A stretch of DNA of 64,000 nt from Pocillopora damicornis. Lineage: Eukaryota. The notes beneath the pieces are model-generated. The model was not told the origin of the DNA, did no database searches, and saw nothing but the letters and a program-made list of their open reading frames with translations. The stretch covers positions 1,674,001 through 1,738,000 of the forward strand of contig NW_020843829.1 of NCBI RefSeq assembly GCF_003704095.1, read 5' to 3'. A program made the translations under genes and the position numbers. This document shows positions 13,001 to 26,343 of this stretch, one piece after another (positions within the stretch are counted from its first letter, which is position 1; every line of letters begins with the position of its first letter).

Positions 13001-13275
13001 AAAGATATTCCTTACGTACTCTGCAAGCCAGCTGTCCAATCATCCCCGTCACAAACAATCATAAGTTTAGTTTGATCTTCCAGGAAGCTAAAATATTCTT
13101 CATCGTCGATCTCTGTTCCATCACTGTCAAGAAATACTCGGCAGTTCCCTGCTGCTATCCCCAACTTTGACCTTCCCCTTTCCTTGAGTTCGTTTAGGCT
13201 TTCTGCGACAATTCCTTGAGTTTTTGTTCGCTCTGAATTGCAAACTTTAAACGGTTTACGTCGCTTTTCTTCCAT
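10078..13275 (-). CDS. DFFA: DNA fragmentation factor subunit alpha (ICAD/DFF45) orthologue; complement(join(10078..10493,13020..13275)), or alternative junction 13016/10486
   Basis: Exon 1 is a CIDE-N domain (KPFKVCNSERTKTQGIVAESLNELKERG...VFLDSDGTEIDDEEYFSFLEDQTKLMIV). Exon 2 carries an acidic linker with a caspase-like DRTD|A site and a DFF-C-like helix (EACQQELDRRIQLREATQLLKLY), then a C-terminal NLS-like KRFR. There is no CAD nuclease domain, so this is not DFFB. Confidence 0.88.
10655..11085 (+). mobile_element. Diverged copy of the interspersed repeat at 42481-42885 (DFFA intron)
   Basis: Shares collinear blocks with 42481-42885: actggagtgcacttgggtctgcaat, tatatccatttgaaa, aatacaggatt, tctgattagtt, tcacactggtgagagctactcaga, tgaaaatggatttactat. 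Confidence 0.6.
12261..12275. other. Assembly gap (15 N) next to a poly-C run
   Basis: Run of n characters followed by a C homopolymer. Confidence 0.99.
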
Positions 13276-13440
13276 TAGTGCATGGATAGGTTATATTTCA
13301 CTTCAACTTGTGCACCATGTTTCAATTCCACTCCCCAGTCTATTATCAAATTTCAAACTAGCTCCCAGGTTCTTTCGGTATTCAGTCGAATAGAAGAAAC
13401 TGTTCAGACGGGATAGAGGGAAACAAGACATTAAAACCTT

Positions 13441-13762
13441 AATAATGTACAAGAAAAAATTACGCGCTTCTGATAGGCTGAAAGCTAGTGCATTTCTCAT
13501 GTAACACGAGTGTAAAGTTGTAACACAAGTGCATATTGCAAATAGCGCGCGCTGACAAAATTTCGTCTGTCTTAACTTTCTGTGATGCTTTTTCATATAA
13601 ATTATTGTCAAGTAACAACATGATTTCTCGTGCAGTTTGGTGTGAATAAGCATTTGTAAATTTTTTCAAAGACAAAAAATTGCAAAATTACAAATTCCGT
13701 TGTCTTTGAAATTTATTCGTACTTACTCGTATCCAATTGCACGAGAAATAATGTTATTACCC
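13441..13762 (+). mobile_element. Non-autonomous hairpin-ended interspersed element just upstream of DFFA
   Basis: ttctgataggctgaaag at 13468-13484 is the same motif as 5494-5510. Terminal imperfect palindrome at ~13616-13755 (catgatttctcgtgca...ttcaaagac / gtctttgaa...tgcacgagaaataatg). Confidence 0.55.
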
Positions 13763-13808
13763 ATACATGTACTTACCCAGAAGTACATGTAGATGCATGA
13801 CTACAAGC

Positions 13809-13904
13809 AAATTTGGTTTTATTAAATGAGTTGATAATGTAAACTAGCGATCGGCAAGAGTTTCTAAGGCTGACGTTTCAAGCATTAGCCCTTCGTCTGA
13901 GCGA
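13809..13904 (-). mobile_element. Solo Penelope-like pLTR fragment with a decayed hammerhead core
   Basis: aatttggttttattaaatgagttgataatgtaaa...gctgacgtttcaagcattagcccttcgtctgagcga aligns with 46951-47044. Confidence 0.7.
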
Positions 13905-16900
13905 GAGGATGCAGCATGCAGAATGCGTCTAGTTTATGATATGTTTATGATATGTTTAGAAGAAACGACGAGAAACTCTGTTTCCTTCTGGAAAGTAATG
14001 ACTTTTCAATGTCATAGCAATTATTTTAGGTCAATCTCTACAAAAAAAAACAACAACAAAATTCGTTAGGTGCATGAAACATTGAACTCACTGTAATTGG
14101 ACGTGTGCCAGTTTATGACGTATTTTAGTAGACACGGTACTTAATCTAGAAAAAAAAGACTCGTTAAAAAAAAAGGACAAACAAAGAAACAAACAAAAAA
14201 AAAAAAAAGAAAAAACTCGGAGCTGACGAATTAAAAAAAAAAAATGTGAAACCTAGGGAGAAAAGGTCAGCTGTAAACATCTTTATTGATGACAGTCATT
14301 TTGCATTGATTGCCCCTTTAAGTCCCCTGCAATGAATTGATCGCTTTGGTCTGCACGCACACTTCTTATCATGGGCAGGACTGAATTGCTGTTTCAGCGA
14401 TAGTGTAAAGATTTTGCTAATGTACTGATATACTTAAACCTGATATTTGTATCGTTTAACTTGACTGAAGCGAAATAAATTAGCTGCATAGGATAATCCC
14501 TTTCCTCAGTTTTTTTCGCAGATCATATAGGTGTACCTTATACGTGCGTGAGGTGGCCTACAATTGAGCAGAGTGGAAAATAATCAAATTTGAATCATGC
14601 GTTTTAACTTTCAATCAACTTTGTCGAGTGTTTACACGAAATACTACGAACACACAGATAACTGCAGAAATAGCTAAGAGAATTTGCTGTCCTGGGAAAT
14701 AACAGAAGCGTGAAATTGAGACAGAAACTTATCACCCAGAAGGGAGAAAGTTGAGAGACTTGGTTGTTTAGCATGATTTGCACTGCTTCTTTTTAGGTCA
14801 GTGCGCTATTTTCCCACCATCGATAGGAATTTTTCACGTCATTAGACACTTTCATGTAAATAATAAACGATGGTATTTAGCCCATGCCCTGATAGCAGCA
14901 ATCATAAAGCAGACAATCACAGGCAAATGACACTATTTTCTGTTATGCGTTCTCCATCTGAGAGCAAAAACATGCCTTACAAGGGTTTCTGGGACAGTGA
15001 CAGGTTACAACATCGGATTAAAAGTACTTTGCCGTTTCCTTTCTTTGATTAATAAAATGATACCTCACACTGAGTTTCATGAAACTTCAGCGAGTGTAAA
15101 ACTAATTTATGGTGGCCGGATATCCCAAAGAATTTTGATCATGCACCGTGAGTCTCGTTAATGGCCTCGTGACCAGAGAAAAAAAACACCCAAAAAGTTA
15201 CAAAAACAGATGATGTCTCAGATGTGGTTTAGATACCTTCAGCTACAGAACAAAGTCTGCTCGCTATCCAGAATTATTCTGCCAAAGTTTCAAACGCAAT
15301 AGACCTCAAGGTTAGCTGAAGAGTAACACTTCATCCTACTCAAGAACTCGCGTAATCAACCACAAAAGGCGGAAGTCGACCCTTTAAGGTTGGTTTGTTA
15401 TTTTGTTTTTCTTAGTTTACGTTTGGCCTAAAAGGAAAATAATCGCGGAAACTTCAAAAGAACCTGGGGTTTGAGTGTCTTTCCTCAACAGTGCAAAAAG
15501 AGAAAAAAAGTATTCTTTCATTTTAACGGGGGTGTAAATGAATTGATTGCAATTTGATATGATCACGAGTATTTGAGTTGTACAGACAAGCAAAGAGGTT
15601 GAGGTGTTTGGTTATTCTGTTGTATATTCTTACTGACAGGATTAAAAGTTATTACGTTAGTTTCCAACTTACAACAAAGAGTCGAAGGAACAAAAAGACA
15701 ATATCCGGTTGTCTGTGATCATCAGCAGTGCTGTTTCACCAGACAGGTCCGGCAGGAAGCTTTATGCATGCATACGCCAATGATTAACAGTGCTATACTC
15801 GAGAAAAGTTAACTTTCGTGTAAAACAGTTGATGCGATCTAAACTCTGATTTCGTAAATTTATCCCAGAAAGGGTATAATGCACAGCATATAGTGAGGGC
15901 AAAGAAAGATACGTGTATCTGATCGATTATCGTCATTCTGTTTTTGATAGCCGAGGGCATTACGATAGGTACCTAATTTTTCCATTAATTTAAACTTTGA
16001 ATACCCTCGTGAAAATTTTAAAACACTTTGAATTAAACTGAATTTAACCTGGAAAAAATTAGAGTTATTTTATGACTTCTAGTTCTAAAAAATACCGTAG
16101 CCATGCTGTAAACACGTGTAGCAGTTTTCAGGTCATCATCCTTCCTCACTGTGGTTCCAACAGAGTATTGCATTGTTGATTCCTACAGAGTAATATGAAG
16201 CTTAATAATAAATAGATATAGGTGTGGGTTTTAACTTGCTACACACTTGATATTAGTAATAACAAAAAAGTTCAACTGATCAAGCCTTTTACTTCACAAC
16301 GAAACTCATTTCCCCATCTCTACCGATGTTGTTTGTGAAGGGTTGTCGGTTATGTTGCGTGCGATGTCCGTTCAGGGAACACGTATTTCCTCCTTCGTGT
16401 TGGTCAGCATCCTATTAAAGATAGGTTTGCTTCATAATCATGACAATTAACAACGGTACAGTAAAGTAACTGTATAAAAGCGATAAATGTAATGATGGTC
16501 TGCGGCTGTGAATGCCGTAATACTCATGTGTAGTTCTGATGGTTAGTATTAAAAGTCCAATGGGTTTAGTCAGGAACATCAATAAAGTGTTAAGCAATCA
16601 CTTAAGAACTATTCGTCTGTATTGAAACAAGAGCCTTGTTTTGTTTTTTTTTTTCCTTTCAAGAAAAGAAACCGCACAGTCAGTTTAGTTGTTAATCTCA
16701 GTCTTCATAAATCAATAATTTTCGCTACACATCATGCGCATCTCTACATGATTATGATATCGATTGAGGTTTTTTTGTTATTTTGTCTTTAAAAGTCAAA
16801 GGTTGCTTTTAAAGATACAAAAACCCTGAGGACTTAAGTTCTGCTCTCAGTAAACTAAAGCTCATTGATCTTTCGTCGATATACGGAAGGAAATGCTTAG

Positions 16901-19900
16901 AGATGAATGAGTATCAAAGTTCGTTTTCTTGGTTTTTTTTTAAGTACGTTGAATTCATTCATTTCGCACTTGCACGTGGCACATTTCACTGAAGAAATCG
17001 ACTTTGGGCAGCTCTTGATGAAGCCATAAAACCTAAATTCAAAGATTTGGCCTAAAATGAGAGAATGTAAAACTTTTGCTACAATGACTTGATTCCCAGC
17101 ACCTTTAGTCAAAACATTCATTCTACGAACAATTCGAATATTACCCGTCCTGCAAGCTTCGATATATTGTTTCAGCTCTCGAAAAGTTAACAAGCATATA
17201 ACCGAAGGAGAACACCCATTTTGAAATATTCTTACTTTGAATGTATTCAACTTTTAGAAAAGAATTTTGATTGATAAAGATCCAAAAAAAGTACTGCATT
17301 TACGTCATGCAGAAAAAATTAGAAATTTGATAGGGTCAAGATGAAGGTATCGCCAGGCGAACCGGTTTACGATTCTCCCTGCAGCCATGACAAATCTGCG
17401 TATTTCAGTCTCCAGAGAAGTGATGTGAATTCTTTTTGCGACTAAAATGAAATTGTGCATTGGACATCATCATGTGCGTAACTGTATTGAACATATCTTT
17501 TCATTTTCACGCAGACTTCTTTCAGCGATTAGGAAAAAAAAAACCATTTCTCTTAATTCATCCTAGCCAAACAAATTAAATGACGTGACTGATTAAATGA
17601 TTAAGCTTACTAGTCTTATTGCTAATGCTGAAAGCAAACTTACAGTGTATTTCAAGGGCAAAATATTGTTGGTAATTCATGACCCATACCAGTCCCTTCT
17701 TCATCCTAGAAATGTCTAAATCATCACTTAATGGTTCAAATGGGGCGTTCGTTTTCGTTCACGATAGACACAAAACTGTTTTAATATCATGAAAAGGGAA
17801 ATCTGCTATGAAATTAAACAGCAGCAAATGCATGTAATTCAGAAAAATGGAGGAAAATTTCTCCCAATAAAACTCCCATTTCGGATGCTCTGAATAGGTT
17901 TGCTTTCATTAATCAGTTATTCAGTGATTTCTGTGATCTCTAATCATAGAAATATTTTATGAAGCGGTCATTGTTCTACCATTTTTGTTACCTTATTTTT
18001 TCAAGACCTAGTTTCGAGATGTTTGAGCTGGAGAATGAGTTGTGAAAAAAACGTAAAATTGGGCCTTTGAAGGTCGACAGTAACCTTAAGCTCGCCCGAA
18101 AACAAACAGGAATACGCTGAGGTAAAACACTGTACACTCGAAACAATGGAGCGAATACTTTTAAACGCCTAAACTTTCGAACAGGAAAGATACGAGGAGA
18201 CAGCCATGCTAAGAAGAAATATCGTATCACTTATAAATTATCAAAGTCATGGACTTGACTTGAGCTCCAAATTCTTTCTTTCTTCCTTCGTGGCTGCTTG
18301 AATCATAGATGCAGCCAAATGTTACGCCAAGGAATCTTTTCAGTTTTGACTGGCAAAAGAACTTCTCTGCTTCTACTATTTTCTATGAGAAATTTCACTA
18401 TTTTTCTACTTAATTTTGGGATCGTTAATAATACAAAGGCATTGTCCACCTGGAAAATCGATTAATGAAAAGTGTCCCTGAATTAAGACTGAGACAATGT
18501 TGGGGGCTTAAACCAGTTGCATCATGATTAAACTGTCTACGAGGTCACAATTTGTCAGACACACGCAATGGGTTATACAGTCATTATACAAAAGCTATTA
18601 GGCCATTTTTTCCTGAGAAAACTGCACGGGTATTGGTAACGAAACCGCACTTGTCCTTTGAACAGCTTTGTTTTCAGAAGGTTACATGTTAGAGTCAAGA
18701 CCTTCTGAGTCTAAAAATAAAGCGATTGGAACTAATTATCTTATTGAACTACGGCTCTTGAACGTATGTGGGGAAGCTAAGTTTCAAGCAAGAAAGTATC
18801 AGTAAAGGTGGCAATGTTGAACGGTACATTTATCTAGTTTCTTACTTGAAGTCAAATGATCCAGCAAAAGTGTCCCATTCTTTTCTTCTGCTCATCTACA
18901 TCTGTGTCATTTGTCTTCATTTGCTGGAACGAAGGGATTTTTTAAATCGCTTTTTTGAGATTGTTCCGGTGACGCCTCCTGGTGAGGAGACGGCAGCTGG
19001 CCGTAATAAACGGAAAGAGAAGAAATATTCAGGAACCACTTATCAACTTTTTTCATTGTCATTCTTGTCAGATCTTACGCAATTCAAACGTTATAGAGAT
19101 GTTCCAAATTTGATATTTTTTGAGGCTCTTTGTTCATGACTTCTCTTTGTCCGTACGATATCACAGTTCAGTTTAATTCAAATGTTTCTTTCATAATCCT
19201 ATTTTGCGTAAATGACGAAATGACCCTAACAGATACACAGCAAAAAATAAGTCTGGCAATGATCTTTTTTATTTGTTTGTAATACTATTTACTTGATTGT
19301 TGTAGATTTTCCACAAGAACTCATCATTGTTACTCGTCTCAGTCTTTGAACTGAAAAGATTCAAAAGCTTCTCCGATTAAGTGATGGTTTCAGAGGTAAT
19401 TATGATTTCGGCGTCAAACAAAATTATCTTTGTAAAGCCGGTTATGAATGGGTTTTGACCTTGTGGTATGAACAGTTAATGTTTGGATTAGTCTCTGGTG
19501 GCATTGCATGCAGGTAACACAGCGTGTAAAGATATCAGCCTTGAGAGAGGATCTGTGCAAATATTTAGAACCCATCCTCCATTCCACACACATAAGGCGA
19601 AACTACGTTGTGATCGATTGCACCCAGAAGAAGGCGTGGCACATGAAAGTCTACTATGTTAGGCGCATAATTCAACAGTCCAGCTCAAAAACAGGTTCTT
19701 TCCCTTTCGTTCAATTTACTCGGGATATTCACAGGCATAGTAATGAAGCTCCTGGGTTTTTTGTGACTGAGTTGTACATCGAGTCATACGGGTTTGTGCC
19801 GTCAAACTTTTGTATTTCCAAAGTTGCTCTTAGCTTTGGTAGCTTCCTTAAAGGAATTCTTCATACTTGAACTTGAGCGTCAAATCGAGAGAAGGTGCAT

Positions 19901-22900
19901 GTAATTTGAGTGATGAATTGACCAAAGAGGTAATTGTACGTTCTCGCAGACTATCCGTTTAGGCAAAACCATGAATCTGACAGGAAAGTCATCTCGCATC
20001 CTTATGAGTTAAGCCCATGCCATGTTTTTCAAATATAATCTGCGGAGCGACAATGCAAACACTCTGTTTTTCTTGCCGCAGTCAATCAAATTTTTTTATT
20101 GCCCTTTGGGGATTTTACCTTTTCGACCATTGACATTCCAAATTTGTACGTGGTATTGTTTCTTGGCTTCTTGTGAAGGCCTTTGAATGTAACTGCATGA
20201 CTTTGGTGGAGTCATGGGGGTGGGTCATGGTTCTCTTTCGTCGGCCACGCCCATGTTCCGGCTTGGGATACGTTAAAACATAGAAGGAAACGAGAGGAAT
20301 ATCTCTTGTTCATCTTTCTCCTTAATTGAACTCTTGTGCACCACACCTGGCGGCGCTGGGGTAAATTGATAAGCTGATTTTACGTTTGACCTTCTTATCA
20401 ATAAATCATTTCTACCACACGTACTTTATATCTTCGGTGAATCCGGCACTGTCTTGAAAACCGACAACGTGCTATTATGTAGAATTTTTAATGCCATGCA
20501 GGATCGACCATTTTACTTGATGTAGCTATGGGTTACCAAAAGAGAGCACTAACATATCGACTGGCTGAGCAAAGCATTGAATAAAAATTGCAGGACACTG
20601 TCAACAGGAATTAACAGCAAAGAGAAGGCACACCCTCTAATTGACCCTGTTTTGCGTCAACCTAATTGTGCACATGCTTTCCGACATACATATAATGATG
20701 AATCTAATCCTAATCGAGTGCCATTTCATTATTTCTTTCTTGATTTTTCTCTGGCTCTAGATATCCCACAGAAAGCAAACATGCAGGATTCGATTTTATT
20801 TTGAGACATTCAAAGAGCCATTCTATGAACTTAAAAGTCAATTTCTCCCATAAGTAACAAACGGACAAGCCAAGTTTGAACGTTTCTAACGAGGTACACG
20901 ACGGTGACTGGGTTCTCTTACAGCTGAGTATAGGTAACAGCTGTTTTTCAACTATTCACATTCGATCGCTCCAAGCTGCTATGATTTGCAGTCCCATTTC
21001 AACTACATGCTGTAAATAGTTCAGTGAGTATACATTATACTTGACAACAATTTGTGATGGTAAGATAGCCAACAATGTTTCAATAATCTACCACCCAGCC
21101 CGGAAAACCAAGCTCGGTTAGCACAATCTACTAATCTAGAAATCGATACGGTTTTTATAGCACGCATTTGTTGTTTAAATTGTTCCATGACACTAATAGC
21201 CTTACAACTCCTGATATTTTCAATACGTCTCTCATTCTTCGTCTCGTACAATCTTTTAAAACTTTAAGTGATGATTCACATTCAACCCAGTCAGGTTCCC
21301 TTGAAGCGATCCATTTCTTTAAGAAATGAAAAATATGATCAGTTAAGATTCCTTTAAAAGAAAATATCCTCAAAACTTCTAAAAAATGCAATCAGTTGGG
21401 GTGAACTGCTTGTCCTCAAGGGTTGAAGCATACTCTGAATAATGAACATAACTTCTGTTTGAGAAATTATAACAATCCAGTCTAGACAGATCCTCTGGGC
21501 AGTTTAATGAACTCTTATTTATGATTGAAGTTTATCAATTTCCGTAAATATAATTTTTATAAACAAGAAATGAAATGAACGTTCCATACCCACACATATG
21601 TGAAAGTCATCGAAATAAGATTGATTTACCATACTGTACGAGACTAAAGCGATAAGATAGAGCGGGTGACATGAACACCCCCGTTTTTTTCCCTTTAGAT
21701 CACGGAAATTTAGGATGCTTTGGAATCACGACTTGGTCTGAAACGAGGCCCTTTTGATCCGTTTTACATGGTGATTCTTTATTCCAGTTGTTTTAGTCTT
21801 TTTAACACAGTGACTGCAATCACAGGCTCGTGAGAGGGGCAGATCACAGTGGTTGAATAATTCTGTTTCTTTAATTATAGATCATTTCAAGTTCTAAATT
21901 GCAATCTGGCTCAGCTTTTATTTTTTACATTTGTGGTCATAGGCTTTCCTATTTTTTTTTTCGTATTTTTGTCGTAAGTGTAAACGAGATAGAGGTTCTC
22001 TATTTTCTTTTGAAAGGATATGAAAAATAACATGCAGGTTCCTGGACTTATGAACCGATAGACGCCGATCAAACGTACCCGCCAATATCTTGGCAATGGC
22101 CAGTCCTATGATTTTCATAGAAATGATGTCGCGTTATCTTTGACTGGTAGGAACGTTTATGAATCAGCAAAAAGCCTTAAATCTCTTTCTAATTGTGACT
22201 GTTTCAAACCGATCATATCCAAGTTTGAATTGAGATTTCCACGTGATGGTGATTTGCTAGGCTTTACGTGCTGTTCTAAACCGTCGACAAAATACATTCC
22301 TTCATTTGAGCCAAATAAATCTGAGTAATTTAGGTGCTTTCAAAGTGGATAGAGATACAGAAATACATATTGTTTTGATGAAATATTTAACCCTTTTAGA
22401 TATCTCCCAACGCTTTTCATCTGCCTGTTTCGTCGTTTTGTTTTTACTTTAAGCCGGAAGTTTAAAGAGTGTTAAAACCGTTTATCTGCTTTTTATCTGC
22501 TTTACAAAGACAATCATTTAAAGACAAACTAAGGTGGTTTATTGCAAATAAATTTAATGCGTTTCTGTCGAAGATTCAGCTTAAAAACATGTTCTGCTCT
22601 GAACCTCAGCGGTGATAACAGACATGTGTTAGGTGAATACAAGATACCTGAATAGAGAACCCTACTGTGCAACCAAGGCTGTATTGACTTGTGCCAGGGA
22701 ATGTTTCTAGTCATTACATGGATGTAAATCACGCAGACTGAATTGCACAATTCCTAGTATCCTGAAAACAATGTGGTTTGACCTGACGAGCAGAAAATTA
22801 AATTGACATTTGTTGTCAAAAAACTTCGTCCCCTTTGAATCACCGGGTTCTTTTTTTATCTGTGAAAGTTAAACAATGAGCTACGATTTCAAAGGCATGT

Positions 22901-25900
22901 TCCTTAGTTCTAACAGCAGACATAAGATGAAGATGCAAAAAAGATTAACACAGTTAGATAATTCCCAGTATTGACGACCCACCGGGAAATATTGCTGGTA
23001 AAACAAGCGTAGGTGAGCAAACGATGAAAATATTCTCCACAGGAAACGTAGGAGCTTATTTCCTATCTGACAAGAAAGCGTGCACTCACTTTGATTAAGA
23101 TGTTATCAACCTTGGGTATTGCTAAACAAAGGGAAATGCCATATATTGTGGGACTTTCGCCCAATTCCGTCTAAGTTAGACAGTCTGATAAAAAGCAGAT
23201 ATAAAAGGTATGGCCTGCAGAGTATCACTCGGTCAGGTTTCACGAAACTAAGCTTCAAGTTAATCAGTTGTCGCTACTTGAAGACCAAGAATACTTGTGT
23301 CAAGCAGGGAAGGTGGAAATACATATAACGGGAGTTAGAAAGTAATATTTACAAGCAGGTATGTTTTTATTCTCTTCGCTTTAAGAGTTCGCATATATGA
23401 CATCTTTGGTGAAATTTGACTTTGCAATGCTCCAAATGGGTCACATCTACAAAACGATGTTTGGAACTTTCCGACGAGCTCTACTTTCACATCTGTAAAA
23501 ACTTGCGCAACAAATAAATAGGCGGGATAATCCGTTTTTGCCCGCTAGAAAAGTACTTCACTTGAAGAGGCGTCATCCAGGAATCCCTTTCGAAACACGC
23601 AAGTATATTTTTAATCCTAAAGAAGCTCGCGTGCCACTCACTGACATTTCGTGACGGTCAATCTTGACAAGACAGAAAACTTTTCTTTCTTTCTGATTCA
23701 ATGATCATGTTTAGAAAAGATCGGAGAAGGAAACTTTTTGCAAAGTTCTAATAAATTATTTAACGCCTTAGATTTCCGTTATCTCCCCAAAGACACATTT
23801 CATTTTACAATCAGTGAGCTCGTTGCATTTCATGGCATCGAGGACACTTGGTTCATTGCTTCATTTGATTTGGGAAAAACTAGAAAGAAACATGTGAGTT
23901 GTCGTAGAAACGAATGCTTGATACCTTAGATCAAGTGCCATCGTTTAAGTTTCAATCCGCATATTTTTTTTCCTCGATTATCTTCATTCTTTTCTCATCT
24001 TGATAACAGTTATATTTAGAATGTAATTCCTTTGGTCGAAGCCCATCCTATTTGACCAAGAAATTGAAAGATAATTGTTCAGTTATTTAAGGAAATGGGT
24101 GGTATTTTGTTTTTTTATTATCTTAATGATATGAATCTGACTTTTAAAGAAATGTCTTCCTGTGGTTAGGTATAATTTGGTATTAAGTTATCCTCGAAAT
24201 ATTTTCATTTCATCAGCAAACAACAGGCTACTAAATTTCAATTTTTTCCTTTTACTTTTATTTATAATGATTTATTAAGACGTGCACCAAACAGGATTTA
24301 ATGAACATACATTCTACTGACTTTCAGATTGAATTGAGGCACTTGTACACTCAAAGATCTTAGACCAAAATAATCAGATACGAGTTTTGAAAATTATTTC
24401 ATGCTTCAGCGCAACTTCATAATTTCATGATCACGACCATTAAACTCTTGACCTTTACGAACTGTGATGAGTGAACACTCTAATGAATGCGATTACATTT
24501 TGATAATTTCACGAAAGAGAGTGAACAATGTTTACATTTCAGACTTAATTGCCAAGGTCACTTTTTCCTGCTTAACTTGACCACATCTTTGTTTTGCCTC
24601 CAAACCTGATCTCATTTTCCAATTGAAACTACTTGCCACCTACCATCAATGTGTGTCTTGCTGATACTGGCTTATGAGCTGAACGCCCATCTTAATCAAG
24701 ACAAATTTGACAGCCCAGATATCAAACTCAAGGTTGTGTTGTGCCAACACCTTACAAGACCTTTAATCACGCAAAGCATAATGTTTTAAATTCCAAAATA
24801 CCAAAACAATTGGTGAGTTGTTCGAGTGTTTTCCCTTAAAAATTCACGGTACAGAATTAACAAAGAACTGACTACAACTGCCCTATAGTGGGTAGATATC
24901 TCGGATATATTGGATATTAGCACGAGCATGATCTGTATCATCCATTCATTGTCATATGTTTATCGTCGATTACCTATAAAAAGGACAGGATGACCGAGAG
25001 CATTCCACAAGAAACATCCACTTTGGTGAGTAAAGCTTGGTGGATGCACAAAGGAACGCTCTGTGCAGATGAAGTCACCTTTACCCTTTGTCCATCGGTC
25101 TGATTTAACGGATGTAAAAAAATCAAAACTTAGATAAACAGACACGTTACTCTAATTTTTTCTTTACCACCTGATGAAACTCATTGACACAGAAAACCAG
25201 TTTAGTGATTTTCGGGAGAATTCTCACAAAAATCCTCATATTTTTCCTTTGGTTTTCTTTTCTCTGTGAACCTTAAAGTTTCACTTCATAGCGAAGAGAT
25301 CGGGCCAAATAAAAAACGTTGAGCGAAATCACAACTGGAAAATGAATTCACACCCTCTCATCGGGTCTTGTGCTTTCTTATCGAAACTGTTCTTGCTTCA
25401 GATCTTTTTGAGAAAAATTTATGCAAATTTTTTCTTCAGTACAACTTGCTTGGTATTCAGTAATTGCAGTCTAGATTATGTTTGGGTACAAATGAGAATC
25501 CAGCTGTTGTTTGATGGCATTCATGACCTTATAATTACCACAACCACTGAAACCTAAGAAAAATAATCTTTTCTGGACCAGCAATCACATCAGCTACCAT
25601 CGATATCGCCCTAAGTTAATTGAATTGTGTTTGTGGCAGTTTACAGACAGTGTGGGTCTCACTTGAGTGAATGGATTGACTGTTGTATTCGAAGTATTTA
25701 ATGGCAAACTTGAATTTTGAGTTACAAGGCGGACTCCGTTATATTGATTTTTGTACCGGAGATTTCTCCATTTTCCCTTTTCCTGGGATGGGCACGTTAA
25801 TATTCTTCTGGTTTGCATTAGTTTCAAACGTCAACTCACACATAGCTTTTTGTAAGTTGTTGATTATGATGCTACGCAACAAAGTTTCTTTAAAGGTGAA

Positions 25901-26191
25901 AATTCAGAAAAAATGAACGATTCAGTTCTATATAGACCGACAATTTGTCAAAAATTTATTATTGAAAAATTCTAAATGAAAGAGATGTAATCGCCTCTTC
26001 ACAATCTTACTATGGTTTGGCTTGATATAGAACTCACAAGTTACTTAATGGTCAAGCTTGGAATTCATCCAAATGAACTTCAAATCACTCGTGCTGCTCT
26101 CTTAAAACCTGAATGTTTTGCGCAAACCTTTTTTTAGGTTATTCCTCTCAAACATGATCATTTTTTTTTTCAAAATGTTTTCGCTCATGAA

Positions 26192-26343
26192 TAATGAATA
26201 AAGGAGGTAAGTTTCTAAAGAAAGGGCAGTGCTGCGTCGGTAAGAGAGTACAGCAGGTAATTTAGTGTTAACAACTGAGTTGAAAACGTAAATTAGCCAC
26301 CGTAAAGGGTAGAAAAGCTGACGTTTCGAGCGTTTCGTCAGAA
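26192..26343 (-). mobile_element. Solo Penelope-like pLTR fragment (same subfamily as 9598-9747)
   Basis: gaataaaggaggtaagtttctaaagaaa...caggtaatttagtgttaacaactgagttgaaaacgtaaattagccaccgtaaagg...gctgacgtttcgagcg is nearly identical to 9601-9736. Confidence 0.75.
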
